DNA of 64,000 nucleotides from Chrysomallon squamiferum (GCA_012295275.1 CM022667.1:248001-312000); one strand, 5' to 3'; positions 13,652 through 28,593 are shown, counted from the stretch's first letter. Translations and numbers: made by a program. The notes: generated by a model not told the origin, from the letters alone.

Positions 13652-15549
13652 GTTTTACTAGGAGGCCGATTAAGTTGTGTACCTGTTTCCAGGCAAATAA
13701 CTGCTCTCGGCAAAGTTCGATAATTTCCGGTAACTAATCGCGAAATAAGAACCGTTAAAGCCTAGCTGTAAGCAAACAGGTACGCCTTAGCATATCACTG
13801 TTATTACATGTTCACCGAACCTGATAGTTTATAAGTTCACGGGGATAATCGTAATTGTTATTATTACTCGTTCAACTAAGCCATGTTTCAGTGTGAAGGA
13901 AATAATTTTATTTTAATATCAATATTTATAAAACTTTAAATGAACGAATCACGTGTAACACCTGGTTTTTATATTATCGTTTATTAAATGCAAGAGTTGA
14001 CCTGACTTGCTTAGCGTAAGAACCACATACAACAGCCATTAGATTTTTGAGAGCACCAAAAGTGCCAGATTACCTTCTTCATTAACCATGATACAAGAAA
14101 GCTCTGTTAGCAAAAAAATAAAAATAAAAATAAAAAATAAAAATAAAAATAAACAAAAATAAACAAAAATAAACAAATAAATAAAAGCTTAAAAATGAGG
14201 AGGTGTGGTAATGACTAGAAGTGGAAAAACGGTCAGTCTCCTTCATACACCATTACAGCAGCACTTGTTGGAACGGGAAATACGTTAACCGTACATATTT
14301 ATAAACACAACACAAACACATCTATTTAAGAAGATACGATTTTTAATAATCCATTAGAACAGACCTAAATTTTTAACGGGATATATATTTACAGATAAAT
14401 TAATATTCATATTTAAGACAACAGACAAGGTATTATGAGTCAACGACATTCAATAAAATAATTGTTCTGTCACTCATTCTTCCTTTATCTGTACTGTGTT
14501 TACATGCGTGTGCATGCGTGAGATTATTACTGGTAATGAAAAAATTAAATAAATTAGACAACTGTAAATTAACTTTCTAATAGTATAATTGTAATTAGTT
14601 CGTTTACCGAATGCATAGACGGATATCATCTTTACGTGCTGAAAAACACTTATTTTATTTTCAGCGTTATAACATTCCATTTAATAACAAATAATATTAA
14701 GGTTGTAATATCTTCTGCTAGAACCACAACAGATTACTGCTTTTAGTTTTTCCGAGTAGATCGAAAATAAGTTGATCGCTAGTATGTCTACAAATACACC
14801 GTCTAATTAAAAAAAAAAATTAAAAATATAAATCATTTCAGCATCAGTAGGGATGGATGGAGATGTAATGTGCAAATAAATTTTACTAAGAAATGGTATG
14901 AAACACAAACATATGTAGGTTACAAGAGTGTTAATACATCTGAATAGTAATGGAGATGTTTATTTATTAATAATTGTCAAGCAACTTCTAATTAAAATTA
15001 ATCAGTATTTGTAATTATGTTATCAGAAATCTATTTCTTAAAACCTATATTTCTACATATATTGTTTAAAAACTAATATTCACGGAGATATATCCACATA
15101 CCCACAATAAATTAACGTATTATTATTATTATTGATGTAGACGTATTTTCAAAGGTGTGCACACTTAATTTCCTAAAAATAAATAGGCTACATTAAAAAT
15201 ATTTTCATCGCAATCAAACACATTTGTATGTGTATATGTTTGGTTTCAGTCATGTATATAATATATCGTTGTGTTTGGAGTCCGTGTTTTGTTGGGTTTT
15301 TGTCAGGACACTGCTTTCCATAACTATAACAGTTGTATTCTGTACAAACTGTACAAATTAACAGGTACGTATTAAAATAAAATAAAAGAAACAAAAAATA
15401 AGTACTTAATTTGAATAGCTCTAAAAATAAATAAATAAAAATAACATTAGTAAAATAAAATGTTATTTGGAATGTATTACCTTTTTTATTTTTAGTTCGT
15501 TTATTATTAACTTTATCGTTCTGAAAGACATTTAACAAGTAGAACCAGG

Positions 15550-15600
15550 ATCGATAAAATTATAATTTGGCGCCAAAACAGTCTTTATCGCCATTGGTTG
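15550..15600. promoter_or_regulatory. Palindromic E2F-type site plus inverted CCAAT box in the head-to-head EF-hand/PCIF1 intergenic region
   Basis: TTTGGCGCCAAA at 15566-15577 (perfect 12-bp palindrome) and ATTGG at 15593-15597, in a locally CpG-retaining region. Confidence 0.45.
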
Positions 15601-17673
15601 AAAATAAATAATTTCACTAAATTAGGTCAGTCTTAGTGATCACGTTGTGACTCGACTCAAAAAATAATTTTGACGGTCTCTTATTAATCCACAAAGCGTT
15701 TTAACCCTCCAGTATGATATATTATACATCCCTAAGTCGATTCAAGCTACAAACGGACTACATTTGGGCTTAGTTAAACTGCACTTGATGAAAAATGTAC
15801 ACTCCTTCCCTACGCGTTCCCTCGGATAATGTTTATCCGGGGTATTGACGAGTTTATAAATTTAACTAAAATATTACACGAAACGATATTGCAAAAAAGT
15901 ATATTAAAATGGAACCTATTTTGTAACAAAAATAATTAATTAACAAATAATATATATTACTGAAATATGCAAATAAATAGCAAAACAATTTAACGTTAAA
16001 AAATACTTATTTAGCAAAAATATTTTGTTCCGTTCCCCTGTTTTAAGTAAATTCTCAATTTAAATATCCACTAAAGTTTTCATGTCGGGTGTAGTAGGTC
16101 GGTGTTGCTTCGTGTCAGGATTTTTGTTGAATGAATCCTGAATAGCAGTTGGTAAATTAATTGACATCTATTCATTTGACATTTTGGAATTAGGCTTGAT
16201 ATTTTGCCTATTGCTTTAGTGACTATACGTTCTTTTGATTGGTTTTTATCGCTTTACAAAAGAACAGCTTAACGTCGCCGACTAACTTGGAAATTGATAT
16301 GGCTTCTACCGACTATTCTAGTATTCAGATACTCAGCCCGTATTCTTCAAGTGACTGACTTTGCAGTGGCTCATTGACTAACTTTTTAATGTTTAGATTG
16401 AAGTCAGTTAATTTTACCAATGCTAAATAAAGAGTATGCTTCTTGCATTTTTAAAAGAAAAATAAATTGGTTTCTATTTTCTTTTTTCAGGTCATTTTAA
16501 TACAACACACAAAACATGTATATATCCTATTCCTTAATCTATCATGGCTTAATCTGCATTACACATACTTGCAAACATTAGATAATCTAATTACAAGACC
16601 AATAAAAAGAAAATATTTAGAAGCCACAAAAAGAAAATATTTAACAAGTTAATTTTTACATGTAACTTGGGATGCATAGGAAAACTTTTAAATTAAATAA
16701 TTGTCAACAAGTAACAGTTTACTGAATTTGTGATATGCATTTAATTCTGAAAAATACAAGAGAAAAATGCATTTTAAGATTAGAAATTGTATTAAGAAGT
16801 TGAGGATCTTGTTTATTTTTTTATTTTTTTTTTAACTTTTTTTGGTATTGTACTTTTCTAAACAAAATACTACAGACTGGAATTTCTTTCTGACATATTT
16901 TAATTAATTTTTGAATGAACATAAAAGTTAAAAGAATATTATTTGTTTAAAACAAAACCAAATATTCTTTGCATTTATTGTTGCTTTCAAAATAAATGGA
17001 TAAGTTGCCAATCTATTTCTGTTTAATAAAATCTTCATCTATTATTGTAAATAACACTTTTAATACTTATGTGAAATTCCCAGACAAATGTTTGCTTATA
17101 TTTTAAGTCATGTTAGTTAATTTAAAATTCAAAAAATGTAGATGTACTTTTTAATGTGAATGTATATGTGAATTACAACTGTTCTATATGTATTTTGTTT
17201 TCATTTAAAGAGTTACACTCTTTAAATAATCAAGTTGAAGTTTTTATTGTATAAAATAAAACAGTTAAAAGATAAACTGGTTAATTAATACTATTCATTG
17301 TGAATATTAAACGAATCAAATTTTGTTTAAACTTCAGTTTGATCATTTAAAAGATTAAATTCTACCCTATTAATTTTCCCTTGTATATTGTATGCAAACA
17401 TGTTATTTTTGTTAAATTGTCTTCATTTTAATTATTCAAAAACTTTTTGTTTTGCTTTTTATGCAGTGTGAAAGATGCATTAAATAATTCTGGTTTTAGG
17501 CTTCATTTTAATTATTCAGAAGTTATATTAATTATTTTAATTCGAAGTTAATGCAATAATGATGCAAACAGTTTGACTTTATATAATAACAACATGTAAA
17601 GCAAATTTTGTAACTGTAATTTCATTTCCACAGGTCAATGGCTGAGTGATCCTATTTTATCTGGAAATCCTTG

Positions 17674-19785
17674 ATGGCTGAACCTTCAGTCACAGTTCAG
17701 AATTCTGCTACAAAAGCAGACAGTGACAAAATGGGTAGCAACGACACAAACAGCAACAATGTTAACAATTCGACAACATCAGACTCCCAAAAACAACCAG
17801 CAGTCGAACGCCAGGATTCCCAGAATTCCAATTTGTCATCACCAATGAGTCCCCAGTTTCCCGACCCTGTTCACGACCTGCCAGTAGAACTTCTTCAGTT
17901 GGGCTGGAGGAAATTTTGGAGCAGACGGGAAAATCGACCATACTTCTTCAACAAGCATACAAACGAATCACTTTGGGAGATGGAACAGTTGTTAGCTCAT
18001 GTTGCAGCTGGGGTAAGTCATTGTGAAAAAGAATCATTATTAAATTTAACTAACCATTAAGGTTAATCCTAGATCTAAGTAAAAGTCTTTGTTGTGATGA
18101 CTGTTCGTTTAAATCTGATTATTTCAGTTCCCTGATGAAAATATACAAGTATAATTCTGTTATGAAAATGTAAAAAAAAAACATTGTAGTAATCTTAAGA
18201 AAAAAATAGAGTTAGTGATGGTTATAATAATTACAGTTTAAACTAGGTATTGTTGATTCTTCTGCCCTGATTTAGATTCTTATGTAATCATTTAATTATT
18301 TCTTTCATTCCAGGGAGAAAATGTAAATAACCATTCCAGATAAAGTATCAGATATAGCGACAATCATATTATTTAAAATAGATATTATTAATTCTTCTAT
18401 CCTGATATAGATTCTTACTTGATTATTGTGTGTGGTTTTTTTGTAATTTCAGGGGGGAAATGTAATCAATGATCCACTTGGAATTTCAAGTTCGGCTCCA
18501 GGGCAAGTGCCAGCTGCACCAAATGATGTAAGACTGAGTCGACCAAGTACAGACATCCCTCCAGTTGTCATTGGCGACAAGAGAAGAGCTAGTGCCGAAT
18601 TGACTGTCACTTCTCCAACCAAACGGCTGGCTTTCAGTTACAGGTCAGTTTCTGTTTTTGTACTTATTTAACAAAGTTCTGACTGGATAAATAAATTTGA
18701 TCTAGGTTTCTTTATTGTTAAATTTGACAAAATAAACACTTAAACATTTTCAAAACAACTGAAATATATTGAATTAAGAATACATCTTTTTGTTGTTATT
18801 CAGATTTGCCAATTTGCTGATTAATCAGAGTTATAACTGAATAAATAAATATTAGAATGATTTTATTGTTTAATTGTCAGAGTAAATGACGACTGAAAGA
18901 TATTGATTTAGGAAGTTTATTGTTTAGTTACAGGTTTGCTTGTAAGATAACATACATAATTTTTATTAAAACTCATGTTTTCTGAAGTTTTATTTCAATA
19001 AATGGATATTAGTATTGTCATATGGCTAAAAATATGGTTAGAAAATAAAGAAAAGCTGTAATATATGAAAATAAAATGAAATTAACCAGTGCAGAATAAA
19101 TTTAGAGTATTTTTCATAAGCATTTAAAAAATTAAATGATGTCAGTATACAGTATATTGATGTTAGCAAGTTAGTCATTGTATTTTTATTCACTCTTGCT
19201 AGTCTTGTTGGTTTGCAGAATTTATTGTCTCCCTTTAATACATTATTATTACTTGAACTGCAGATATTTGTCTTTATGCAGATATAAAAACATTTGTATT
19301 CATTATTTTCAAAATAGCATTTACACAGTATTTATACATACATATACATTAACATACATGTTATGTGTGTGTGATTGAAGGTATGGTCTTATCAGATACA
19401 CACACAGACAGAGACATATGTACATATATACATACATACACATTTATATATGTACAAAATGTTTCTAAAATTAAAATTGTTTCATCTGCAGTCCTTTCTG
19501 GAACTTCGATGTTCCGTCCAACTGTCTGTTTTATGAACGGGCTCCGTCGGTCCTTCCTCCACCAATACCAGAAATAGAACAATACCGAGCGATACTGACT
19601 GCTAGACTGCGACAGACATACCAGGAACTGTGCCAGTCTAGAGAATGTAACTACCATTATTATAGCAGTTCATGTACACTGATCTCAGTGATTCATGTTA
19701 TATAGATGTGCTTATCAGAAATAACCAAACAAATATATTATTGGTAATCACTGGAGTAAATGTATGTGTGTGCATGTATGCATAC

Positions 19786-19820
<35 letters not shown>

Positions 19821-22190
19821 TGTGCGCGTGTGTGTGCATATAGGCTAAATGCTGTTGCATCTAATAAATAATATTCAAAATAAATAACTGTTTTTGTTAT
19901 TATTTTATTTTATTTATCACTGTTTTTAAGATCCCATTTGAAGTAGTACAGTAAAAGAAACATTTATATTTTATAAGTTGATTTTTTTTGTTTGAATTAA
20001 AAATTTGATTACCCACCAATCTGTTAAATTAATTGAATTAAATAATTAAATTTCACTGATAAAACTAATAAAAGTATTATTTTTTTCATTCTCTCTAGCT
20101 ATTGATGCTCCAGTGGAATCATTTAATCGTTGGCTGCTTGAAAGAAAAGTGGTCGACAAAGGCAAAGATCCAATGTTGCCATCAAACTGCAGACCTGACG
20201 TTTCTCCATCCATGTACAGGGAGATTATGAATGACATCCCAGTTAAACTCATGAAACCAAAGTATACGTCCGATGCCAGAAAACAGCTTTTCAGATACGC
20301 AGAGGCAGCAAAAAAGATGATTGACTCAAGGTAAGTTGTTTAGTTCTAAAAGATCTATTCCTTTTCTCTGTCAGCAAGAAAATGATAACGTTTAAAATGT
20401 TGTATTCGTTTTTGTACAATTATGTTGATGTAGATTTTTCTGTATTTTACATGGTTAATGATGAAAAATTAATTGTTTGAAAATTTTGTCTTCATCGTTT
20501 TAAAATTTTTTTATTATTGGATTTTTTATTTTTTTGTTGTTGTGTGTATGTTTATATAGATGTGTTCTTTACTGTTATAATAAGTGGAAAAAGTGTTATG
20601 GATATTTTTAATCATATCTTCATTTTTCAGTTTATTATTGTTTTGATACATCTAATCCATATAACTGCAAATAACCATGTATCCTTAATAAAAATGTATA
20701 AAAATTAACACGTGTGTGTGTTGTGTGTAACATTGCAGTAGATAGATACTAAATTATTCTTGGGTGCCTGTTTATTATTGTATATTTGTGCACATGTGTA
20801 TCTGAATATGGCTACGTATAGTATTATAGTAAAAATATTTTAAAATGTGTAGGAATGCATCTCCTGAGAGTCGGAAGATTGTCAAGTGGAATGTGGAAGA
20901 CACATTCAGCTGGTTAAGGAAACAGAATAATCCAACATATGAAGATTATCTTGTAAGAAAAAACAAAACTTACTTACAAAATTTCTCAATCAGTAATCAT
21001 TTCAGATAGAAATATTTAAATAATGTCCAGGCATTGTTATTAACAGGCTAATGAATTACAGTTACATCTACTTGAGTACTCTATTGTCAAAGGATGTGTT
21101 ATTTTATTTTAGTCACTATGATAAGTGTGTAAAATGATTACTGTCATATGAAGCAGTTGTTTCCCTTTTTCGTACAAACATAACTGAAAAGAAATGGTTT
21201 TGGGGTGTTATTAAACATCCATTCATTTATTTGATACCTCAAAGCATACGTCGTTACTTTTATTTATTTTGAATTTTGAATCATCAGATGATTATCTTTA
21301 AACTAATTTTAGATAATTTTATGTTATGTTTTTGATATTGATGATTATCCTTGAACAATACAATTTGTACAGTTATGTTATATTTTTATTCTCAGTAGTT
21401 ATATGTGAACAGTAGATTTTGAACTATTTTAATTGCTTTTAATTTTAATGATTGTATCAAAACAGTAAATATTTGACTGTTTTTATGATACATTTTTCAT
21501 TTTGAAAATTATCTCTGAGCAAACACTTTTAAGTATTTATAATTTTAATAATTATATCTCAACAATAAATGTTTGGCAGTAACATTACATTTTGTTTAAT
21601 CTTAACAATTACATCTAAATAATACATTTTTAACACTTCTGTATTAAATTTTGGTATTAAATATATCTTGGACTATCTTTGACAATTTTCAGGAAAGGTT
21701 GGCACATCTGAAACGAGAATGTCAACCTCATCTTACTGAAGCAGCCAAAACATCGGTGCAGGGAATCTGCACCAAGATCTACAACATCTCCTGCGACACT
21801 GTCAACAAAATCAGAGACAAGCACTGGGAACTGCTGAAAGAACACAACATCCATGGTTTGTTCACATTGACATTTCATTATTAATATTATATCATACCCT
21901 TTGTTGTTGTTTTTTCAATATAGTAAGTAAACATCCATAATTTTGCTTCTTTAGAATGACATGATCGGTCATAAGCATGCTCCATTGAACAACATGGTAT
22001 ATTTGCACATGGCCATTCTGTAAACTATTTTTTTAAATGTTTTATTTGCTGGACTAATGTTCTTTTTATTAACATTACACATCATAACCTCTATTTTATT
22101 ATTTAACTGTATTTTTATTTTTATTTTTTGTTGTTTATTTACAGCTGTTATATATGGTGTATGAACGTTATTTTTTTCAACAAAAAACAA

Positions 22191-22234
<44 letters not shown>

Positions 22235-22738
22235 ATGTATGTATATGAAGAATACTTACTTAATAAATATGTAAATATTATAATATTTTAGAAATGGAAC
22301 CACTACCAGAACTTGCCCACCCCAGAAAGGTTCCCTGCTACTGTATTCAGATGGCTGTGCCTGCACTGAGGGTTCCTCACATGGAGCACAACACTGATGG
22401 AGAAATGACTGTTCTGCGGTGCAAGGGAGATGAAGTTAAACTCAACAATGCACACTTCCACAAACTTGTGAGTTAGGTTTTGTTTTAAGAATGATACCAT
22501 ACAGGAGCACCCTGCTGTAACCATTGTTCTCCACAGCATTTAAAATTTTTACAAAACACCGTTATTTTTTTCTGGATTCTTTATATTTTAACTTTTTAGT
22601 ATACAGTATATTAAGTACATAAACAGTTCATGCAGTAAAATTTTCTCTAACTATAGTTAATGGTTTTCCTCTCTGTTGGGGAATGTGTAAATATAGTCAG
22701 GATAAATTGAATTATCATAAATTTTTGTTATAAATATC

Positions 22739-22774
<36 letters not shown>

Positions 22775-25700
22775 TGTTAATTTTATTTATTTATTTATTT
22801 ATTTGTCTGTCTGTCTATCATCATCATCATCATCATCATCATGGTTTTATTATTATTTGTATAGGAACAGCTTTACAGATTAAACTGTCGAGATGATCCC
22901 AGATTTGAACATTTTCTCTCTCGTGTGTTTTGTTTAATTAAACGTTACCAGGTTAGTTGTGCTGTGTTTCTTTGTTTAGATTTTAAAACACATTTCTCAC
23001 TGCCAAGTATTTTAGTTAACATTTAATGTATTTTAGATTACATGCATTGTTTGGTTAATAAAAAATTATTTCTGTTTTATTTACTGTTAATGGAACGTAT
23101 TTTATTATAATTACATTTTAATTCCATTGGGCTTGTAAAAATTTATTTATGTTTTGTTAAGTATTAATGTTACATTTACAGAAGATAAATAATACTTTAA
23201 TTGGACTTGTATACAAAAACATATTAATCTTATTTATTGAGTCAGGGGAATTCATTTATTTATAATTAAATTGTGAAAAATTGCATTTGTTACAAATGAT
23301 TTTTATTTGCCAGTCACGTGAGTGTTATTACATTTAGTGCCATAAATTACATACTGTTATGACCAGTATTTTTTATTATTTTTATTTTTCATTTAGACTT
23401 TATTTGGTATCCATTTAAAAGAAGGTGTTGTCCTCCAGGGGGCGCTGTCTGTCTCAGTATTCGAGTGTCTACATCGAGTTTTTGGTGTGACATTTGAGTG
23501 TTTTGCATCACCTCTCAACTGTTATTTCAAACAGTACTGTTCTGCTTTTTGTGATACTGATGGATATTTCGGGTCTCGTGGGTAAGTCTTCTTGTGTTTA
23601 GTTTTAATTGTTGATTATTCATTGATCACTAAGATCACTGTAGCATCTTCTGTAAGAAAAACATTTAATTTTATAACACAGAAATTAATATAAGTATATT
23701 ATATGTTTATATTCATACACTTGGTGCTTTATAGTTACACAAAAACAAAATATGGTTTTAGGTTACTGACTGTCAAATCATAATATTATTATAAAATGAC
23801 ACTTCTAAAAAAAAAATTAAATTATTATAGTTATTCTTCAAATAGATGATATTTTAATTATCATAAATAAAATTGAAGGTACATTTTTTTCATAATATTT
23901 TTTTTATCATTCTGTTTTAAGTTTTAAGAATATGTTTACAGGTGAACTTCACCAATATTCACTTGATGACATTAAGTGATGTTTGATGGTGTATATTCTT
24001 TTTTACAGCCCCATTCTGAATTTTCACCCATTAACAGGATCATTTGAAGCTAATCCACCTTTTTGTGAAGAACTTATGGAAGCAATGGTTGACCATTTTG
24101 AGGTATTTAAAATTTTTAAAAAAACAAAAAAGTATGATAGAGGATCTGGGGAAAACTTTGTTCATCTTCATCAGAAGATACGGTTTTTTGAAATTTAAAT
24201 ATTCTAATTTTTCTTAATTAAAATCTACCTTTTAAAGGTTTATAGATGTCAAAGTGTAAAATAATCAGAAAATTTAAGTTTTGAGATCTTTTAAAACATA
24301 TTTGGCAATAATACCTTATAAAATAGATAAAACAGATTTAATTTTAATTTCTGTTACAAAGCTTCTCTTTCAAAAAACTTATTGTTAAAAGAATTATAAA
24401 ATATGACAGTTTTGAGTAATTAAATTAAATTGAATATAAATATTTTGGGTAAATTCAATTAAAATTACTTAAAGTTTGCTAGATGTTTTGTCCTTAAAAT
24501 TAAATTGAATATAAAGATTTTTATTGTTTATAATTTAAAAAATGTCTGGTTTTTGGCTTCTTTGTTTTTTTTTCTATCTGAAGAATATATTCAGTTTTAA
24601 TGAAAGCTTTTCATCAATAGCAATTAATAATATAAGTTATTAATTATCAGCAGGGTACATCCTCTGACATCAGCATTGGCCATACTATATTTATGTTGCA
24701 CTAAATTTATATATATATATATATTTTGTTTTATCAGAATCTGCTGGCAGAATCTCATGATCCACTGTCCTTCATTGTCTTTATCCCAGAGTGGAGAGAC
24801 CCACCCACAGAGGCCCTCATGAGGTTGGAGACAAGCAGGTAAATAAGTCATGTTCTTGTGTTACAGAGATTTGTTTAAATGACTTGTTTTCAACCAATAT
24901 GATTTCTAGATGCAGTGATTGAAAATTTTTGTGATTTATTTTCAAAATAATTTACATTTTTACATATGTCAGTATGTTTTCCCAGGGCTTCCAGATGCAG
25001 TATTGTAAAAAATTTATAATTTCTTTGCCATTGAATAATTTGTATTCTTGTTTAATACAGATGTTGTCTATTCATATGTTCTCTGTTTTTTTTTTTTTTT
25101 TGCTGTCTTTGAAAATTCTCATAGTTTATTTGCATTAGTAAAAGTTTATGTATATTAATGAATGTTACCTATAATTATAATGGTGGATTAGTAGAGTGGA
25201 TTTGTTTCCTTTTGGATTTAAAAACTATTAGTGGTATGGACGAGTTCCGAGAAAAATTAGCTTTTAAAAAAAAATCTTTAGAGATGGAAATCTTTTCTTT
25301 TGTTGAAAATGAATTTTAACTACTTTATCATCAATTATTAAACTATTATTTGTTACAGAAACAAACGAAATACTTTTAGTAATGTAATGAATAAAAACCT
25401 ATTAATAATTATATATAGTTAATATTAAAATTATTTAGAGATTTTTAAAAATGTATTTATAAATTTAATTAATTTTACAGATTCAACAGAAAGCAGCTCA
25501 TTTTCCCACCATTTGAACATGAATACAGAAGTGGTTTCCAGCATGTTTGTAACAAGTTAGTAGTTCATCACAGTCCAATAACCGTTTAAATATTACTGAA
25601 CTAGAAATATCTCATTTATAAACTTACATCACCATAAAAAGAAACTGTTATCTTCTGTGCAATCACTATGTGTTAAGGGGACACATGTTGTTTAATATCA

Positions 25701-26471
25701 CAATAAATAAAATTAATAAATGTTTTCAATAAATTTCCAATTTTGTCAAATTCACATTCTTGGTTGCCTAACTTTTGATAACTGCTTGGATTTATTGTGA
25801 ATATATATGATATATACACAACAAAATTACACTTGTGCAACAGCCGTGTTATTTTGTTTCCATTGTTTATGTTCAATGACACTAAATGTATCCGAAAAAT
25901 CACCCTTGTTTGAATATGTACATCTTCCACCATTTTGAACTTTCATTGACAGTTTGCAAAATGGTGGTAAAGCAATTATTTGGAAATATTTTCATTGATG
26001 GAGTGTATGCTTGTACCATTATAGATATGCTCCTGTTATCATAGATCTGCTATGTGCTATTACAGATATGCTATAAGCTTATATTATCATGAATAGATAT
26101 GTAACTTAAGTTACATGCTCATAATATCACAGATATGTTATGTGCTCATACTGTTACAGATACAATTCATGTTTTATGTTTTTATGTCTTATACAGATAT
26201 GCTATAAGCTCAAAATAATTATAGCTATGCTATATGTTCATAATATCGTAGATATGTTATAGCTCATATCATCACAGAAATGCTGTTGTGTATTTTAACT
26301 TGTTTGCTGTAACATCAGTTGTTCTGTTTCAGACAAGACATGAGTGTGAAGGCTGTACATGGAACTCTGGTGGTGTTCTTGCAGAACGATGCAGGGTTTG
26401 CTAAGTGGGGGCCAACACCTGAACGAATTAATGACTTAATGTTAGCCTCCAGACCACGAGATTCTTCATAA
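17674..26471 (+). CDS. PCIF1: mRNA cap-specific (2'-O-methyladenosine-N6)-methyltransferase PCIF1/CAPAM, ~678 aa
   Basis: Coding exons: 17674-18012, 18453-18643, 19492-19646, 20099-20330, 20853-20952, 21693-21855, 22292-22467, 22865-22951, 23397-23581, 24009-24102, 24738-24838, 25481-25555, 26333-26471 (2037 nt, phases consistent). Motifs: WW domain ([30 protein letters not shown]), [38 protein letters not shown], and catalytic [13 protein letters not shown]. The first coding exon begins at acceptor 17633/17634; a probable non-coding exon ends near 16151. Confidence 0.97.
26020..26290. repeat. Degenerate minisatellite (core ACAGATATGCTAT) in the last PCIF1 intron
   Basis: AGATATG(C/T)TA-like cores recur roughly every 25-35 nt. 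Confidence 0.7.
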
Positions 26472-28358
26472 AACACACACACAAATGCTTTAAGTCATCC
26501 AGGTTCTCGTAACGTCTCCCATGTTTGTTCAGTTTCTGTTACACTTTCTGAGGAAATCACTCAGTTCCAGCATCTAAAACTTACAGCATACATTGAGCAA
26601 ATGTTTCACTGAGTCGGGTGTTGATTTTTATTGCTGAGTAAGTCACTCAGCTATATCTTTCAGAGTAATTAGAGTAAATCGTTGTCGATACGATGTGTTT
26701 CAACATTTATCTTGTGGAGTTATTCAGTTGCTGCATTTCAGACTGTTACAGTGCACTGTGTGAAATAATTCAAATTCAAGATTCTCAGACTATTGCCAGA
26801 CATTGCTTAAATATAATTCAGTTTCAGCATTTCAGACTGATAAAAGATATTTATACTCTTGATGCATGCAACATTATTTTTCAGTATTTACAGTTTTCAG
26901 TTTTATTTTATTTTGTAAAATCATTTGGTTTCAACATTTCAAGCAGACACAATAGGCTTTGTATTTATAATAATATAATTCACTCTCCTTTTGTGTCAGT
27001 ATATATTAAGTATTGAGCTTTACTGCTTCATTGGCAGTAACTGTTCAGTATGGCATTCATATTTCAAAAAGTTACAGCATACAGAAAAGGTAATTTCATT
27101 TTACATTTAAATTGTTTTTTTACTTTCATGATTACGATAACTTAAGCTAAGAGAGATTTTTTTATTCTTACATTTTTGTAAAAAGTATTATGTCATTCAA
27201 ATTGACATTTTAAACTGTTGAAATACAGTGGTAAAAAAAAGAATCAAGTTTTACATTTCTGACTGTAAAAAGTTTGAGACTTTCATAACTTACAGTGTAT
27301 ATAATATACATATATTTATCCTGTTGTTGATATGGTGCATAAATCATTCAGCTTAGTACTAGTACATGTGTAAAATATGAAACATTTTCTGATGATTAAA
27401 TCATTCAGATGTTAGAAAATCATTCAAAACCTCATACTCATACAGTTGCCATCAGCTGAATAAGTTATTAAAACCTTCATATTCAGGTTGCTACCAAAGC
27501 CATTATATTCAATTAATCGTTCGAATGCGCACCCATTTAGTCCAGCATCAAGTAAGCTACTCAAAATGTTTTCATAATTCAGAATGTTTCTCATTGCACT
27601 GGAATAAGTTCGAAATTTTTTACGAGTGCTTCATGTTCTGAATATTGTCTCAATATTGAATTATCAGAGGAACATAATCATCTGTTACGATAAAACGAAC
27701 AGAAAATTCCTAACTCAGATTTTGTCTACTTTATTCAACATCTATCTCATTGTCAGCATTTTGTACAGATCATGCAAAACATGTTCATTTTGTTAAAATT
27801 ATAATTCTTACTGCATACATTTTGATATTGTGAATCATTAAGACCAGTGTACAGATCATTCAAGACTCATCCCATCATCATTAAGTAATCATCCCTTTCA
27901 GAAATCATCCTATTATTATGTAATCATCCCATCATTATTAAATTGACTAACTTGACAAAAAACCTTCCTTTTTACAAAACATTTATCTGGTATTTGTAAT
28001 GCAAACAATCCTTTTCATTTTCATTTGCATCTATAAATTATCATCAAATTATCATTCTTATCATCTGGTCATCATTGAGAACATGTAGTTTTAGCTGTCT
28101 TTTTTCTTTTTTAAATATTTATTATTTATTCACATAATAGTTACCAGATATAGTTGTGTTTTTCATGTGCGATAATGTAGATATGATTTTCAAAATCAGT
28201 TTTTACTTGCCTTTTTCAAACATTAATCATGGAAAAACTGTTGGCAATTTGGATTATGTTGTGAAATCCAGGCTTCAGATTTTTTTTGATTTTTTTTTAA
28301 TTACCTGTTGTCATCCATTTTGTGTATATATTGTTTCATGTTCCATAGTAGCTATTTA

Positions 28359-28394
<36 letters not shown>

Positions 28395-28556
28395 AAAACC
28401 ATTTCAGATATTTAGTAATGGTTATGTTGTCTGTATTGTTGTTGTAAATCTTGGTAAAAAGATTATTTTGTTGTTATATGTAAAACTGTTTTTATTACTT
28501 TTGTAAAATAGCTAGAATTTAAAAAACAAATAATTCATTTTTGAGTTTTTATTTTA

Positions 28557-28593
<37 letters not shown>

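Noticed and set aside
13685-13700. RFX X-box-like GTTTCCAGGCAAA upstream of the EF-hand gene ATG
   Set aside because: It mismatches the terminal AAC, so it is too weak alone to claim ciliary regulation.
18094-18140. GTGATGA...CTGA as a possible C/D box snoRNA
   Set aside because: It is too short (~42 nt), with no terminal stem and no recognisable guide sequence.
20679-20690. GTATCCTTAAT, resembling a U12 donor or branch point, in a PCIF1 intron
   Set aside because: It is mid-intron. The flanking exons join in phase through an ordinary GTAAGT...TAG intron, and no coding sequence ends here.
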